Shown: piece after piece, positions 45,633 to 47,069 of the stretch | Position numbering within the stretch: the first letter of the stretch is position 1 | Layout of the letters: each line of letters begins with the position of its first letter | Assembly (NCBI GenBank): GCA_011364905.1 | Contig: RDNZ01000022.1 | Span: 1-47,069, forward strand | Direction of reading: 5' to 3' | DNA from: Candidatus Thorarchaeota archaeon | Lineage (GTDB): Archaea; Asgardarchaeota; Thorarchaeia; Thorarchaeales; Thorarchaeaceae | DNA: 47,069 nucleotides | Program-made: the position numbers and the translations under genes | The notes under the pieces: model-generated | Told to the model about the DNA's origin: nothing | Databases searched by the model: none | The model's input: only the letters and a program-made list of their open reading frames with translations

Positions 45633-45666
45633 AAGGGCACGGATCGTTCCGGTCCCTTCTTTTATT
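45631..45666. terminator. Hairpin with T-tract between convergent genes
   Basis: AGAAGGG..CGGA-TCGT-TCCG..CCCTTCT followed by TTTATT. Confidence 0.45.
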
Positions 45667-45673
45667 GTGCATC

Positions 45674-46366
45674 TTATTGGTCCGAAATCACGATGTCATC
45701 GGGTCTTCTGACAATCATAGTGATTCCAGTGATGTGATCAATGACAACTTTCTCACCTGACCTGATTGGTGGACCATCAGTTCTCGCCCACCAGATCTCA
45801 GCGCCAGTCTTCACCTTTCCCTTGGGATTGAGGTCAGTTACTGCATGAATGTCTGCATACTTGAATTGTGAATAGGTTGGCCACTTCTCATAGTTCCTGA
45901 GAAATGCGAAGTACAGAAGCATCAGACAGACCACTGTCCCTGCCATAATGTAGACTGTCAACTGTCGAGTTGGATCAACTAGGATTGAGAGAAAGATCGC
46001 CACGCCATAAATCGGGAAGAGCTTCAAAGAAACCTTGGCATCTATGAAGCCTCCTTCGACAAAACCGCTCCCGCCTGTGAACATGGTGAACATTAGATAC
46101 ATTATAGCAAAGATTACTATAAGCATCCAGTCGCTGAATGTAAAATCTGAATACCAAACCTGAAATACGAATAGTATTATCACAAGAGGCACAGTGACTT
46201 GCGCCATGGCTTTTCCTGTTGCAGGTTCAAGGGTCAGTACTAGCAATGTTAGAAGTACACCCATAATTATCAGACCAATGAACGGATCGGCCACAAAAAC
46301 TGTCATGGCCATGCCTAATGCTGAAAACATCATCATGACCACCAAGATTTTTATCCACGCATCCAT
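45674..46366 (-). CDS. NfeD-family membrane protein
   Basis: Multi-TM N-terminus plus OB fold (DLNPKGKVK.GAEIWWA...I..GEKV.I..I.G); adjacent to the SPFH gene. Confidence 0.88.
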   Translation of the reverse strand: MDAWIKILVVMMMFSALGMAMTVFVADPFIGLIIMGVLLTLLVLTLEPATGKAMAQVTVPLVIILFVFQVWYSDFTFSDWMLIVIFAIMYLMFTMFTGGSGFVEGGFIDAKVSLKLFPIYGVAIFLSILVDPTRQLTVYIMAGTVVCLMLLYFAFLRNYEKWPTYSQFKYADIHAVTDLNPKGKVKTGAEIWWARTDGPPIRSGEKVVIDHITGITMIVRRPDDIVISDQ

Positions 46367-46397
46367 ATTCTCTCCTCCTCCTCATAGTTTCGAGAAA

Positions 46398-47069
46398 CTA
46401 CTCCTCTTCCTTCCCCTTGTTCTTTGGTACTCTTAATCCTCCGGTTCCAGCTGACAGAGCTACGGATGTTCCTGCAGCCATTCCAACTTCTGGAAGGTTC
46501 GTAGGAATCATGATAATCAAATTAGCATTCTTTGAGATCTCTTGCATGATGTTCCACTGACGAAGCTGGAAACCAACAGCGGATTCCTCATAGATACGTG
46601 CTGCCTTGAGCATGTTCTCTGAAGCTTCTAGCTCAGCTGTGGCTAGTGTTATCCTGGCTCTGCGTTCCCTCTCTGCCTGTGCTTCTCGGCTCATGGCATC
46701 CTGAAGGGCTGATGGAATAACAACGTCACGAATCTCAACGCTTGACACCTTGACACCCCAATGCTCAGTCTTCTCATCGATGAGCTCTTGAAGGTGACCG
46801 GCAATCTGATCTCTCTCAGATAGGAGTTGATCAAGAGTCACCTTACCAGTGGTTTCTCTCAGAGTCGTTTGAGCAGCCAACTCCACTGCGACTGTGTAGC
46901 GCTCAACACTCAAAATAGCTTTCTCAACATCGATGACTCGGAAATACATTACTGCGTCAACAACGACGGGTACGTTATCCTTCGTCAATGATCTCTCAGT
47001 CTTGAAAGCATATGTCAGAAGTCTGAGTGAAACTTTCATGGCAACTTTATCAAGGAGTGGTGTGACCCA
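46398..47069 (-). CDS. SPFH/stomatin (band 7) protein, 5' part outside the window
   Basis: LTKDNVPV.VDAV.YFRV.D, AQTTLR, WGVKV..VEIRD, EAQAERERRA; frame stays open to the window end. Confidence 0.93.
   Translation of the reverse strand, partial: WVTPLLDKVAMKVSLRLLTYAFKTERSLTKDNVPVVVDAVMYFRVIDVEKAILSVERYTVAVELAAQTTLRETTGKVTLDQLLSERDQIAGHLQELIDEKTEHWGVKVSSVEIRDVVIPSALQDAMSREAQAERERRARITLATAELEASENMLKAARIYEESAVGFQLRQWNIMQEISKNANLIIMIPTNLPEVGMAAGTSVALSAGTGGLRVPKNKGKEEE

Noticed and set aside
1-47069. CRISPR arrays, tRNA/rRNA, transposases, integrases and the many short antisense ORFs
   Set aside because: None recognisable by eye; the short ORFs lie inside well-supported genes on other frames or strands

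Overview
Gene-dense archaeal DNA, most likely from an Asgard archaeon (Thorarchaeia-like). This is inferred from a longin-domain gene, an E2F/DP-type winged-helix gene, archaeal PAC2, PDCD5, DUF35 and tRNA-binding genes, and GGAGG/GGTGA ribosome-binding sites. Left part (1-20.3 kb) is lipid and glycerol catabolism: a thiolase end plus DUF35, a ferredoxin missed by the ORF track, two crotonases, 3-hydroxyacyl-CoA dehydrogenase, an FGGY kinase-glpABC-alkyl-DHAP-synthase-like-Fe-S-radical SAM run, an aldehyde dehydrogenase and an ACAD-SCP2-MaoC fusion. Middle part (20.3-33 kb) is housekeeping and hypothetical genes, including a helical-repeat protein with a WH2-like motif, a 7TM protein and a longin-wHTH protein. 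Right part (33-44.7 kb) is the best candidate for an undescribed system. An E2F/DP-like gene precedes a cluster of four vWA proteins, three with CDC48/NSF-N-like N-domains (the architecture of the DEPDC5/Iml1 N-terminus), plus an amidohydrolase, coiled-coil proteins and a HEAT-repeat protein. One 883-aa cluster protein is a catalytically degenerate fusion copy of the two genes transcribed divergently from it. The window ends with a CPBP protease, NfeD and a partial SPFH gene. No rRNA, tRNA, CRISPR array or mobile element was seen. All family calls come from motif recognition by eye, not from database searches.
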